DNA of 40,429 nucleotides. Source: Coniocarpon cinnabarinum (taxonomy: Eukaryota). The stretch spans positions 62,001 through 102,429 of the forward strand of contig JAVECO010000079.1 of the NCBI GenBank assembly GCA_051942205.1, given 5' to 3'. This document shows, in pieces, positions 21,477 to 33,207 of this stretch. Made by a program: the position numbers and the translations under genes. Below the pieces are notes generated by a model that was given only the letters and a program-made list of their open reading frames with translations, did no database searches and had not been told where the DNA came from. Each line of letters opens with the position of its first letter. Positions within the stretch are counted from its first letter, which is position 1.

Positions 21477-23501
21477 ATGGCGCTGTTTCAAGACCATGAA
21501 TGGCAACCAGGAGAGAAAGAATTCCAGTTGGGGATGAACTTTCACCTTCAAACAGGGACTGGGAGAAGGTCGGATGAGGAAGAGCGGCAGTTGCTGCAGT
21601 CAGCAGAGTATCACTTGCGACGGTCAGCCGACCAGCGAGGGGAAGCACTCGGCGTCATACACCATGACACGATTCGAAGCAAAAATGCCCTCGAAGAAAT
21701 GCTTAGTCGTCAGGAAAAGTTCAAGAAGGCAGAAGAGCTACTACGGCCCATGGTGGTGCAGATAAAGGAGGAGCGAGGGGTCAAAGATGACGATTACCTT
21801 GATAGCAAATATCGTCTATCGCTCGCGCTTTACCACCAGCAGAAACTCGACGAAGCAGAGCAGCTATTGCGGCAGCTGGAGCGGCAATTCGAAGATGCCT
21901 TCGGCGACGATTGTACCCAATTGGTTCACAGCAAACACCTACTGTCACTCACGCTGTCTGAGCAAAAGAAGCATCGCGAGGCAGAGCAGCAATCATTGCA
22001 GACACAAGAGCTCGCAGAGAAGATATCGCACGCTAAGCAAAACCGTCGATTTTTCGTCCACGAACGAAAGTTGCCTGACCTTCCGCCGGGACACGAATGG
22101 GAAACACAGATTGCCAAGTACTGTCCGCCCCATTTCAGCCGTACTCTGAACAGAAAGGGAGCCAAAGGTGTGTTCTGTCATCGCGGGCTCTATGAACGTG
22201 CAATGATGCTCATGGAGAACTCGACATCATCTATCATGAATGGCACATCGAAAGGTCTCTTGCTCCACGAGGTCGATCTTCGCATGGATGCCAAAACCGG
22301 CAAATTGTTTCTGGCCCACGACGAAGTTGCAGGTCGCGTTACGGCAGAGGCACGCAACTGGGGCTCGATCAGTGTCCAACGGACAGATCACGCAGGGAAG
22401 CACTTCAATGCCGCACATCAGGACTGGGGCTCTAGCTCGTACATGCACACTGGCGAGAAGATAGCGTTCGTGGAAGACATGCTGGCTGATGCGGATATCC
22501 CGCGCCGGAAGGAGCTCTGTGTGCAGCTTGACCTCCGGGGTGACGACTTCGTTCACGCAATCACGCACTTCAATCAGCAGCCTGAGAATCATGACAGAAT
22601 ACTTTTGAAAAGCTATAATCTCGACTTTGCCTCGGCTGCAGACCTTGAAAGAGCGCTCACGGTCAAGAGCTCGGGCGCTCAGTGGTGCTGGACTGATCTG
22701 CGGTCTAGCTTGCGCATCATGATGGTCTTTTATGCTCGACCCGTAGTCAATCAATTGCTACAAGAAGGGGGCATTGACCCGGAAGCTGCTGAGCTAAAGG
22801 ATCGACAGGCTCTAGATTTTCAACGAATATACGAATATGTTATGAAACAAGTGTTGTCCTTTATTGAGGCGCTCGGTGAAAACCTCATCCCTGAAATCGT
22901 GCACAATGGCATAGGACTACATTATAACGTGAACACGAATAAAACACGGGACCCCAAAGACGGGACGCCTATTACAGAGGAGGAAATTATTTTCGACAGT
23001 CGCGTCGATCGAGCTATGATACAAGTCCAGCTAGATCTAAAGGAGCGGTATCCAAACCTCAAATTTGGCTCCTGCACGCGGCTTTACGAGGTCAGGACCA
23101 CAGCCGGCAAGGAGTACACCGCAGGTATCCAGACAGGCGCATTAAGACCACTGAGCCATGGACCGGAAGGCATTGCCACAAAGCTGCGAAGCATGCATGG
23201 TGGGCTGTACCCCCAGTCTGACCTCGTCGTGGCTGATGACCCGTATGCCGAGATTGCGGCACGGACTTGGATTGACGAGTATGCGGCGGGGAGATTAGAT
23301 CGCAAGGAGCTGCTGGAGCGTACGTATGACGAGTGGATAGGGGAGATACCGGAAGTTGCAGACGCTGTGGAGAAGCTCAATGGTCCCTTTCTGCCGAACA
23401 CGGTGGGTAGACATATACCATCACCTCAGTTTAAAGCAAAAGGAGTTGGGCGTGACGGAGGTGAAGGTGAAGGAGCTGTGGAGCTGGAATTGGAGCGGTA
23501 G
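21477..23501 (+). CDS. Intronless fusion protein: N-terminal 42-aa kinesin-light-chain-type TPR repeats + C-terminal GDPD-like (glycerophosphodiester phosphodiesterase) domain
   Basis: 674-aa open frame. TPR-like units LGVIHHDTIRSKNAL...AEELLR, GVKDDDYLDSKYRL...AEQLLR and FGDDCTQLVHSKHLL...AEQ. GDPD-like motifs in order: VFCHRG, MENS, HEVDLR, FLAHDE, VQLDLR. Confidence 0.75.
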   Translation: MALFQDHEWQPGEKEFQLGMNFHLQTGTGRRSDEEERQLLQSAEYHLRRSADQRGEALGVIHHDTIRSKNALEEMLSRQEKFKKAEELLRPMVVQIKEERGVKDDDYLDSKYRLSLALYHQQKLDEAEQLLRQLERQFEDAFGDDCTQLVHSKHLLSLTLSEQKKHREAEQQSLQTQELAEKISHAKQNRRFFVHERKLPDLPPGHEWETQIAKYCPPHFSRTLNRKGAKGVFCHRGLYERAMMLMENSTSSIMNGTSKGLLLHEVDLRMDAKTGKLFLAHDEVAGRVTAEARNWGSISVQRTDHAGKHFNAAHQDWGSSSYMHTGEKIAFVEDMLADADIPRRKELCVQLDLRGDDFVHAITHFNQQPENHDRILLKSYNLDFASAADLERALTVKSSGAQWCWTDLRSSLRIMMVFYARPVVNQLLQEGGIDPEAAELKDRQALDFQRIYEYVMKQVLSFIEALGENLIPEIVHNGIGLHYNVNTNKTRDPKDGTPITEEEIIFDSRVDRAMIQVQLDLKERYPNLKFGSCTRLYEVRTTAGKEYTAGIQTGALRPLSHGPEGIATKLRSMHGGLYPQSDLVVADDPYAEIAARTWIDEYAAGRLDRKELLERTYDEWIGEIPEVADAVEKLNGPFLPNTVGRHIPSPQFKAKGVGRDGGEGEGAVELELER

Positions 23502-23950
23502 AACGCGCAGGAGACTACGTGGGAGTGATTGTAGGCTGCTGAAACATTCCTTGAAAGCACTCAGGACACGCGCCTGCTTGAGAAGAGCGTTGGCAAGGCG
23601 GCGGGACCGGAGTGAGGCTCGTAGTGTTTAGATAAAGGCTGTTGTTGCTGTTGGGACCAGTGAGACTCATCACGAGTTGACTGCGCCATCTGATTCACTG
23701 TGCCATCTGCTTCTATTGCTTCCACAGGCGCCGTCTACGTTTTCAAGCCAGTTACTTTAATTGTGTGGCTTGGTCTCGCTGCTTTCTTTGACAACGCTGT
23801 CGTGCTGTTGTTGTTACCCTCCCTAGCTCGCCAGTAGGGGTAAATTCTGCAAGATGAACGTTCGTAATAGCAAGCACACAGACAACGTTTCCAAGACTTC
23901 ATGCCCCGAGCTCCACGCTGACAAACCAAACCTATCCCATCTCTCAGCCA

Positions 23951-25384
23951 TCACACCATCTTTTCACCTGCAATAACACCAGTCTTATTCGACGGAGTCC
24001 CCGTCCCCGGACCACTAGTCACACTTCTACGAAAAACCGCAAACCGCTTACTGCTCTTAATAGTCTCCCTCCTAGCCCAAAGCAGCCAAACGATGATAGT
24101 CAAGACGGTCAAGGGCACCGTAATCGCAAAGTAAACCCAGATCCCCCGCGACACCGTCAGCGAAGACTTTGCGCCGTCAACGCCACCCCACTGGAACATA
24201 TCAATACTCAAGATCGTCGCGACGAAGGTACCGGGCAGAAACACGATCCCGAGGATCGATATCGTCTTCATGGCGATGCTGTCGCGTTTGCCGTCGACGG
24301 CGATGGCGGCGGTATATTCAGCGTCGCTTTGCGCGACGGCACTCAGCATCTTTGAACGTTCAGCCCGCGTGCTCACGCTGGTGTTGGGTCGCTTACTTAC
24401 GTAATTGGTCTGGCTTTGGATCCGCTCCCGGAGTGCTTGCACCTGCGATGCGATCATCGCCGTTCGCCGCCGGGTGTATTCCGTCTCCTGGCGGATCGCG
24501 GCCCTGACCTCTCTCAGGAGTCTCTTCTCGTCCGCGGATTGCTCGAGAGGCGCTTCATCAATCGCCTTGACGAGCCAGTCGCCGCAATCCAACGCACATC
24601 GCACGATGTGCCCGATGACTGCCACATCCGTCTGGCAGTAGCTCAGCTGCTGACTCACTGACTTCGGATCCGCAAAGGAGGGATACTCATCCAGACTGGG
24701 CCGGCGCTTGCCGACGACCCGTCCTGGATTTCCGAGCCCAGTTTTCCGCTCAATACCCTGGATCGTGTCGTCGATGGCGTTGCGATGTCTCTCAATATGC
24801 TGATGATGCTCGCGATACAGCGCTGACACGAAGAAATGAGGATCCACGCATCGCTCGGGCGTTGACAGCAGGGTCGCGAAAACAGCGGCTTCGTCCTCGA
24901 GGTGATGATACAGTGCGTAGGTCGTGTGACGGGAATAGTCACAGCTTATGGATACGCAGTCGAAGCCCGTGGAGCGCGAGTTGGGTACCTTCATGAGGAG
25001 GTGACTTTGCTCGCGGCTGGACGAGTGGAACGTGGTGAAGACTCCGTTATTCGAGAGGAAGACTTCGAAGGTGCGCGGATGCAGATTCCATGCTTTTTGG
25101 ATCTGCTGGAAGAGGGGCTTGGGGAAGGATAGCTTGAGTCTGCCGGGTTCCAGACGGGGAAACGATATTGCTTTGAAGTGGTGGCGGTTTTGTGGGTTCT
25201 CGCCGTCCGGGCGAAGGAGACAATTTTCGACTTCTTGAATTCGTATCCTGTCTTCTGATAATTTGATGGGCTTGTCAGAGTCATTCGGATCCAGAGAAAC
25301 GGAGCCGTTTAGGATCCTGATGCTCGGCTTTTGGTCAATCGAAGGATCCGCCCAAGTAGCCAGCTTTTCCTCTCGGGTTTGCAT
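23951..25384 (-). CDS. CorA-like membrane protein (fungal type, no GMN motif); probable 51-nt in-frame intron 24400..24350
   Basis: A helical region followed by RDSIAMKTISILGIVFLPGTFVATILSIDMF and a second TM helix IWVYFAITVPLTVLTIIVWLLW. The intron GTAAGT...AAAG would join QTNY-MLSAVAQ. Confidence 0.8.
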   Translation of the reverse strand: MQTREEKLATWADPSIDQKPSIRILNGSVSLDPNDSDKPIKLSEDRIRIQEVENCLLRPDGENPQNRHHFKAISFPRLEPGRLKLSFPKPLFQQIQKAWNLHPRTFEVFLSNNGVFTTFHSSSREQSHLLMKVPNSRSTGFDCVSISCDYSRHTTYALYHHLEDEAAVFATLLSTPERCVDPHFFVSALYREHHQHIERHRNAIDDTIQGIERKTGLGNPGRVVGKRRPSLDEYPSFADPKSVSQQLSYCQTDVAVIGHIVRCALDCGDWLVKAIDEAPLEQSADEKRLLREVRAAIRQETEYTRRRTAMIASQVQALRERIQSQTNYVSKRPNTSVSTRAERSKMLSAVAQSDAEYTAAIAVDGKRDSIAMKTISILGIVFLPGTFVATILSIDMFQWGGVDGAKSSLTVSRGIWVYFAITVPLTVLTIIVWLLWARRETIKSSKRFAVFRRSVTSGPGTGTPSNKTGVIAGEKMV

Positions 25385-26430
25385 GACTGAATGTCTTTCT
25401 TGGAGACAACCAGTTGAGCAGCATGAAGGATCTTTTAAATTGCTTGAGCGAGGGCTATGATGGAAAGGCTGTGGAAGGCAGTACAGTACTCAGCCGCGGG
25501 GCGGTCACATGGCTCCCACTGAGTTGTGGTGCAGTGCTGGTGATTATCAGAAAGCGCCGACCTCCACTGATGAGGTGAGCTTCGTAGTTAGCCATTCCAT
25601 TTCGAAACATCGACAGTGTATGTAAGCACCTGCCATCGTACTCTCAGCTGTTTAAAGTCTCAGTATTCTTCCAGACAAACACGAGACTCACCAAAAGGAA
25701 AATATATGTGACCGCCCCGGAAGCTGAGCTGAGACCCATAAAGTCAAAAGCTGCGGCTCAGATGTTGGTCTGAAATCATCGACTAGCTCCTAGTTGGAGC
25801 CTATAGCAACGTATGTACCTTATTCATCCGCAGCGCTTGCCCTCAGGTCCCAGCGCAAGACACTCGAGCATGCGTTATGCTCACTCTCACTCCTCTTTTT
25901 CTCAAACAAATAGCTTCGTCTTTCACAACGAGCTCGCCACCATTCGCGCTTTGGTCAAGAGCTCAGTCATGGCGCTGACTGTAGCTACTAGCATTGGTAG
26001 CGAAGCTTACTCTCGAACGAACGCTGGGGTGTCAGTATGGCGCAGCGTGCCTTTGATGGAGATGTGATGGATGCCTACCTTGACTCTGTTTTTGATAGCA
26101 TGTATCCGGACGAGGATCGGCCAGTGTTGTCTCTGATAGGGTAAACTGGAGTGAAAGTTCAAAGGCTTGATAGCGATATCAATGAGAGGTCGGCAGAGAA
26201 CAGTACCACAGAACGGTACCGATTACGTAAACTAGGTCAAGACGATAGCTTGGGAGCGAAGAGAGAAGTATCTAGCATTACGATCTTTCTTCGACTTGTC
26301 AGTTCTGAATGTACCGGTGCAGCGTCGTACGAATCTCGCGCAGAGCAACATGTGCACATCAAATACATTCCTGTACACATCCCCACGATATGTGATCCCT
26401 CTTCCACCGCCATCCCTGCATCACACGACC

Positions 26431-28942
26431 CTACAACTCCCCATGCCCCGCCTTATGCACCTCCCCCATCGTCATGATCCTCACCACAAGCGCAGTCCAT
26501 CCCGTAAAATGCTGCGTCCTCTGCCCGCGTCCATCATCCGGGTTATATTGCTCCCACGCGAATCCAGTCTCCTTCCAGCTTTGAAAAACAGTCTCCACCA
26601 GATTTCGGCGCAGCTCATTAAAGAGCCGCGCCGCCCTCTCGGCATGATCACCTGAGCTGAGTGCAACGGTTCGGAGATTTTGAAGAATAAGATAGTTGAT
26701 GTTGACCCAAATCGGTGATCGCCAGTAATTTTCTCCACTGCCGTAGCGCTCATCTTGTTTGGAAAGTGAGCGAATACCGTGGTTTGACCAGAGGTGTTCT
26801 GGAGAGGCGATGAGGTCCAGCACGGCGCCCATGTGGGGATCATTCGGCGTCATCAGACCCGTTAAAAACGGAAAGAGAGAGACGTAGCCTTTTCGGCATA
26901 CGTGAACCGTTTCTTCGTACTCGTCGACGGTGGCGTCGCAGAAAGCCTGATCAGGCTCGGACCAGTGCAATGCTGGTACATTTTGCAAAATATCGTATTC
27001 TTGCTGCAGATACATTTTCCGGTCTTCGAGGTACATATCGTGGACTTCACCTTTTGGATGGTTGGAGTCTCTCGCGACGAGATAGGTGGCGATGTGCTTC
27101 ATACTCCGGGACGCCATGCCCATCCAGGATATGAGATCAAGGTGTAATTCGCCCGGATGAGGCGGCTGAGCGCGAGGATAGTCATCTAGACCTGACGTAA
27201 AGATGTGAGAAGGCGTGCGGCCGCGCCAGCGGTACGCTTCTCGTGACGCGGTCTCAGGACGGTCGTAGGACTTCAGATCGCCGCGCTGCGTCTTGCGGTA
27301 CCACGCCAGATTGCGCTTCAACAATGGATACACATGCGCCAGTGTGCGTGTGAACGCCTCCCTCTCGGCATCCGAGAACGGTGTCTTTGTATTCAGCAAT
27401 ATGTTGCGAACGATGTGCTCAAGTGTGAGAAAGAGCGTAGGTGGATTCGCGTAGTGCGGATATTGCACCTGGAACTCTTGCGGGACCTTGGAGCGCGCCT
27501 CCGGTCCGAGAATCTGCTCGCGCGGGATCCAGCCGTCTTCATCCATGGTCTCGAACCAGCTTTTGATGATCTCGAGTGCAACGCCGGGGTCGAAGTCCGC
27601 AATGGGAAGTAGATGAAATCCTTCGTCCCAGAGGAAGCCACGCGGAAAGAACGGACGACTTGGTACGGAAGTGAAAAGGCTGTAAGGGCCTTGCAGCTCC
27701 TGCGCGTTACGGCTTTTAGCCTCGTTGGCCTCCTCCCAGAAGCCTTCGTTGTCTTCTTCGTATTCAGAGGCGTAAGAGCGGTCGATGACTTGGTCGCCGT
27801 GAAAGTAGCCGATGCCGCCGAGGAGGTTGGAGAATAGACTCTTGCCGAACTTGTCATATTTCGGCTTGTCGAAAGGAGGTTTGAAAGCAATGCGCTCCTT
27901 GAAGGCATCATTGAAAGCTGTGCTGCTGTCTTTGAGGGCACTACTGAGGGTGTCACTGGTCATTTCCTCCGGTGCTGATTTCGACGAGTAGAGGATGTCA
28001 AACTGCCAGCTGCCGCGAAAGGTCTTCTGAATGAGTTGGAGATTTCCTGACTGTTCTTCAGGTGAACTCAAAAAGAAGAACAAAGGTGCTGGTGGTGGAT
28101 TCTCTTCTCCGAACTGGTCCTTGATAGCCTCTAGCCCCTGTCGCAGCAGCCCAAAGAATATCGTCTTGACCTGCCAAAGAGCTTCGAATGGCGCCGAAGC
28201 AGCTCTGGCTTGGGTCCGATCAAGAGGCTTTTCCTCTGCCAATGGATGTGCGATGACGGGATGTTGATTGAAGCTTGGTCCCGCCGTGACTTCAATCTTG
28301 AACTGTCCAAGATCGGTCGTCTCTCCTTCCAGGAAAACACTACCCTCATAGCCTCTTTCATCATGTTCATTCGTATTGCGGAGGGCACCTAGACTTTCCT
28401 GCGCAACATAGAAAAGGACCGTGGAAGAAGTGCCGGCTGGCGCGTCGTCGCGCAGCTTTCCATTCACGCGCACACCCCAGTTGCCGCCGTGTGAACCGCC
28501 AGGCACTTTGACGAATTGGGTCGTGACATCTAGGTGACTCGAAGCGTCATACATCGTTTGTCGCCCACCAGTGCGCACATTGTACTCTTCCCAGCCATAG
28601 CCGTCCATGCCATCGTTCTGCTCGCACGTGTGACGAAAGCCTGTGAAAAGAGATCTGGTCAGCGATCTAGAACTCTTCTAGATTTGACCTGGCGACGCGA
28701 CCGACCATACCATCTTGCCGTGTCTGTAGGGAGTCTACATTCGCCCACAAGAGGCCTGTGAATATGTTATTCGGTAGTCGAGGTCGAACTCCAAAGTAGA
28801 CATTAGGTCGGTATGGTCCCCACACGAGACCGTCATTGAACGCCGCAGCCGTATCATTGGCCAGCGATACACCAGGCAGCGCTGCCAGCAGGAGCACAAG
28901 GGTCGCCGCGCTTGGAAAAGCTGCAGCCCACTGAGATGCCAT
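26431..28942 (-). CDS. CWH41: Mannosyl-oligosaccharide glucosidase I (GH63); exons 28942..28711 and 28640..26431
   Basis: Signal or anchor sequence, then WGPYRPNVYFGVRPR. Intron 28710..28641 (GTATGG...CTGAC...CACAG) gives DG-FRHTCEQNDGM. Motifs PSRPFFPRGFLWDEGFH, GWIPREQILG, SGLDDYPR, NYWRSPIW and WEQY..FTGW. Confidence 0.95.
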
Positions 28943-29480
28943 CTCATGCGCAATTGACACGGTTTTTAAATAGATTTCCTGCACAGGACGAGGTCCCGAA
29001 GACATGGCCCAAGCTCGTGGATGATCGACAGGTACCAAAAAGCTTGATATTGTCCATCAAACTTTAAAATTCAACGGCTATATGAGGTTTTCAAGGACGC
29101 AGAGCCACTTCCAGTCTCCCGAATGATCTCCTAAATTATCGGGAATTGGCAAATGGCAAGTGATGCGTCGAAACATATGCATTTGCGCCTGTGGCACATT
29201 GATTGATGTTTGGTTAGGTCACAGCACTTCAAGCTCCAGCTAATCTCGATGTGCTTGGATGGATCCCTCTTTTCCATCATCGTACAAAGACATAGTGGAC
29301 GCTTCCTCCTCAGAAGCGCTGAGCCTGTTATGTGTGTCCTATCTTGGGTAACCTCATGACACCTACCATGAAGTAATCGGAGATTTCGCACGCAATGCCA
29401 GAGCCGCTGAAAAAGAATCCATTCCCAGCCTGAACACCTCGCTAAATATTGATTGATTAACACGTGGTCGCTATCCTCAT

Positions 29481-30168
29481 TCATCGCCTATTGTGTCATT
29501 AGTTAGGCAGATACTGGGACAGTCAGCAGAAAGTTGAGTACTCACGTTGGACTGAGTGGCCTGTTGAATCCGCCTTGTCTGTTCATGTACTGGCGGTACT
29601 CTGTCTTGCGTTCCTTCCTCACCGCATACAGCTTGTCATTCCCAGGCACCTTCGTATTCTTTGTGGTCCTGAACATGCCAAACCCCATCGCTTGTCGCAT
29701 CGCCGTTCTGAACGCTTCTTCTGAATCAACGAAAGGGTCAATGTCCATGATATCGACATCCTCTTCTTTCTTCGCAGGCAGACGATCTCTTTTGTCTTTG
29801 GGCAGTTGACCTGAGCTATCCCTCATGTCGCGATCGAATTCCTCATGTTTCCATTTACCCTCATTCGATCCTCGACGCGGGCCTCGTGGAGCGCGCGGTG
29901 GCGACCGCTGCCGAATGTTACCACGACCAGGCTCGCGTTTGGGTGCACGAGGCGGTGACCTTGAACGCGACCGCCCACCACGTCTGTCTTTGCGATGCTC
30001 GTGTCGGTCTTGCCTTTCTCGTCTTTCTGGCCGATCATCTCGACTGTGTTTGTCGTGGTGCGCGCGGGGTCCACGAGGGGGAGATCGGTAGCGGTCGCTA
30101 CCGCGAGGCCCCCGCGGAGCGCGGGGAGACCGCGAGCGCGAGCGTTGACGGTGCGTGCCGTTTTCCAT
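29481..30168 (-). CDS. U4/U6.U5 tri-snRNP 27 kDa protein (DUF1777); exons 30168..29546 and a 7-nt coding exon 29487..29481
   Basis: RS-rich N-terminus and C-terminal MGFGMFRTTKNTKVPGN...KTEYRQYMNRQGGFNRPLSP. Intron 29545..29488 (GTGAGT...CTAAC...ATAG). Confidence 0.88.
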
Positions 30169-30508
30169 TGAGCTACAAAGGAAGCTATGATTTCGCGAAC
30201 GAGTCAAACGAGACGTGTCAGGCTCTCACGTCACGTGTTCAATTGTTAACTCCGATTCAGCCGAGGTAGGCTTTTTAGAGCCAGTGCCAGTCAGTCCTGC
30301 GAGCTGAGCGAGGGAGACACACGTGCAGTTGAACTTAGAAAATCAATTTCGCGTCTAATTTGCTTGGTCTAGATTGATAAAAGATTACAAGAATACAACT
30401 GGGACCTCCAGCTTGCTGTACATTAAGAGCCCGCGTCCGAAGTTTATCGTCCATCCATACTGAAAGTTGTCATACGTCGTGATATTGTAGCTTTTCCACA
30501 TGTTACCA

Positions 30509-33207
30509 TTATACTAGTACACTGTGATTCCAAGTCGGCGCGGCCATGTACGGCCTCTGTGATTGGTACAGTACGTTTCTGTCGAAGCGATGCATCTTTC
30601 TGGCGACATTCTCCGCCTGCTTGTTTGGAGGAGGTATCCGTGCCCGGTCCACGGCTGGTTGGAGAAGACGACAAAAATAAGTGTAATCGTCGGGCTGAAG
30701 GGTATCAAGAAGAGACTGTATAACGTAGTTTGCGAAGCCGTCCCTAATAAGCTGCTCAAGCTCATTTTCTCCACGAGCGTCTTGGCGACACAGCTGGCGC
30801 ATAAAATCTCTTCTTTGCTGATCTGTACCAAATCGAATACATTTTTCGACGACATGGCTTGCGAACTTTTGTTTCGAAAATTGCATAACATTCTGTTGGA
30901 CCACACCGATGATTCTGTTCCGATCGTCAGGGTTTCCTCGTTCGACGATGTGTGCTGGCACGTAGTTGCCGTACTGGTCGGAAATGAGCAAGGGAGCGCA
31001 CTTGTGAAGTTGAGGCACAAGCCAGGACAGGACATCCTCTTTCGCATACTCTAACATTCGTTGTATGATTCGACATCCGTACTTGTGCATTGAAAGGTAT
31101 TGTATGTCGTGCTGAACCGCCTCAATCATGAACGGCATATGCTCTAGAGGCACTTGTTCGATGGCGACTTGAACGACGTGATTGCCGTTCTCGCATTTGA
31201 TGCAATCCATAACTTTACCGTCCACCTCTTGCATGAGCACAATCTGCTGCTGCACGAGGATATGACTGAGTGCCTTTTGTACGACTCGGCATGCATACGT
31301 CTGAGTCGAAAGCGCATAGACGTGACCCTTCATCTTGTCGACAAGAGTCGTCTTTTGTGTCTGATCGCCATGCTCGAAAAATTTCTGTAGAACGTAGTTG
31401 CCAAAGACGTCCTTCATAAGCTGAACGGCATTAGGCAAGATTTCTTGGAAAACGCGTTCTTTCTCTTCGCTATTGGCCGTCTTCAGCTTCTCCTGGAGGA
31501 ATCGTGAGCCGTGTTGGTCGCCCGCGAACTCGACGATATGGCCGTAGACATCCTGCGAGAGTGTTAGCGGGCGTTCAGATAGGTCCGCGCGTGCCACGTA
31601 CCTTGAGTTCCCAGCGAGCTGAAGACCTGGTCATGCGGAATTCTTCCAGAAGAGCACTTCGCCAGACTTTGCTGGGGTCTTGCTCGGCCATGTATGGTAT
31701 GCTCTGTGGCGGAGGATGCAAGTATCCGCCATTAGGCCATTGTTGACCATATCTCGCACCCATGTAACCCATGGCGCCGGTTGCTAAATCTGGGGGATAG
31801 TGCAAGATACCGTTGAATTCGCCGCTATGGTGCGCAGGCTGTCGATATGCGGAATAAGGCAAAGCTTGCGGTCGATAGGTGTTGTTGATGTGGAAGTCGT
31901 CTTCCAGCTCCAGGGAGCGAAAATTGGGCATGTGATTGCGGCCATTGTAAGAGGCTAGGTTTGAAGCAGATTTGGTGTTGTGTACTGGATGCGTGTCATT
32001 GGCAAACGGTCTACCCTGGTGTGCCCTGGAGTTTATAGGTAGCACTGAGGGAGCTCGCACATTTGATCCGGTCCTCGATGCACCGTTAAACCTCACGTCA
32101 TCTAGGTTGCGCACCCCAAAAAGCGGTGAGTATTCATCACTAGTAGGAGTGGCGGCATCCGCTGCTGAGCCCCAGCGATCTGGGAGAATACCATTCCAGC
32201 CGAGTTCAGACCGCGAGTTGGGATTTCCCGTGTTTGATCCGTTTCGGGTCATGCTTGCCTGAGCATAGCTCGACGAGGAATGATCTGGTGTTAAGTGAGT
32301 CGGCGTCTTGTCCTGACTTCTGCGTCCATTAGAGAAACCTAGGCGAAGGAATTGCTGTTCTAAATCCTGCAGAGCTGGATTGTGTTGAGGGCTGATTTGC
32401 GAGCCATTGGAGCTTGCTGTCGTTGACATGGGAAAAGCTTCTGGGCCATTGTTTGGAAATGATCGGAGTCTGGAACCATTTGTTAATCCGCGGGTATCAG
32501 TTGGAGAGACCGAGTCAGGCTGGCCGACTTTGTACGCGACGTCATTCGCTTGCACGTTGAGTGAGAGTCCTGGAGAGGGAATGGTTGAGCGGTCAGTAGG
32601 CGCAATTCGTGGAGCAGTCTTCCAAGCCACTGCGCCGCCGGCCGCTGATGGCAGTCTGCGATCACTATTTAAAGGCAAGCCTGCATTTCCGCGAAAGTCG
32701 CCGTAAGTCTTCCCGAGGCTTTCCTCCTGGGGTATGAATTTCATGCTACATGGGTTCCAAGGAGCTTGACTGCTGGATTGAGAGGTCGGCTTGAGATTGT
32801 GAAGGCGTCCGTTGGGCACGGCGCGCGACATGGGTACTTCAGAGTCTCCGCAAAGTGCGGACTGCATGGGAAACGCAGGCGCTCTGCGAGATTCATACGG
32901 TTGCGTCGGCCCACCACCGAATGCGCGCTGTGTCTGAATGTGATTGGAATGGTCATGTGCTTGGAGGGGATCGAGCAGACTGTGGTTTCGCAAGGTGTTA
33001 CCCAACGACACAGCGCCGACTTTTGACGCATCCGCAAAGGTCCGCTGCTCAATGACAGGCGCTACACCATTGTGCTTTGGCATTGGCTTTGCCGCACAGG
33101 TTTGGGAGGTTAAGATTGTATCCTGTTGGAGACCAAGATCAGTTCTGGGGAATCAGGCAGTGGGACGTGCTTTCTTATAGCCAACATACAACTTGAACTT
33201 GAGTCAT
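30509..33207 (-). CDS. PUF3: Puf3-type Pumilio RNA-binding protein; exons 33207..33190 (tentative), 33122..31602, 31552..30509
   Basis: Eight Puf repeats with recognition segments GSRFLQ, GNYVLQ, ACRVVQ, GNHVVQ, GCRIIQ, GNYVPA, ASHVVE and ANYVIQ. Intron 31601..31553 joins WELK-DVYGHIVEF. An upstream intron 33189..33123 joins MTQVQV-DTILT in frame; the start is less certain. Confidence 0.85.

Noticed and set aside
25813..26300. Short ORFs between the CorA-like gene and CWH41
   Set aside because: Short, with no motifs and no splice pattern I could support.
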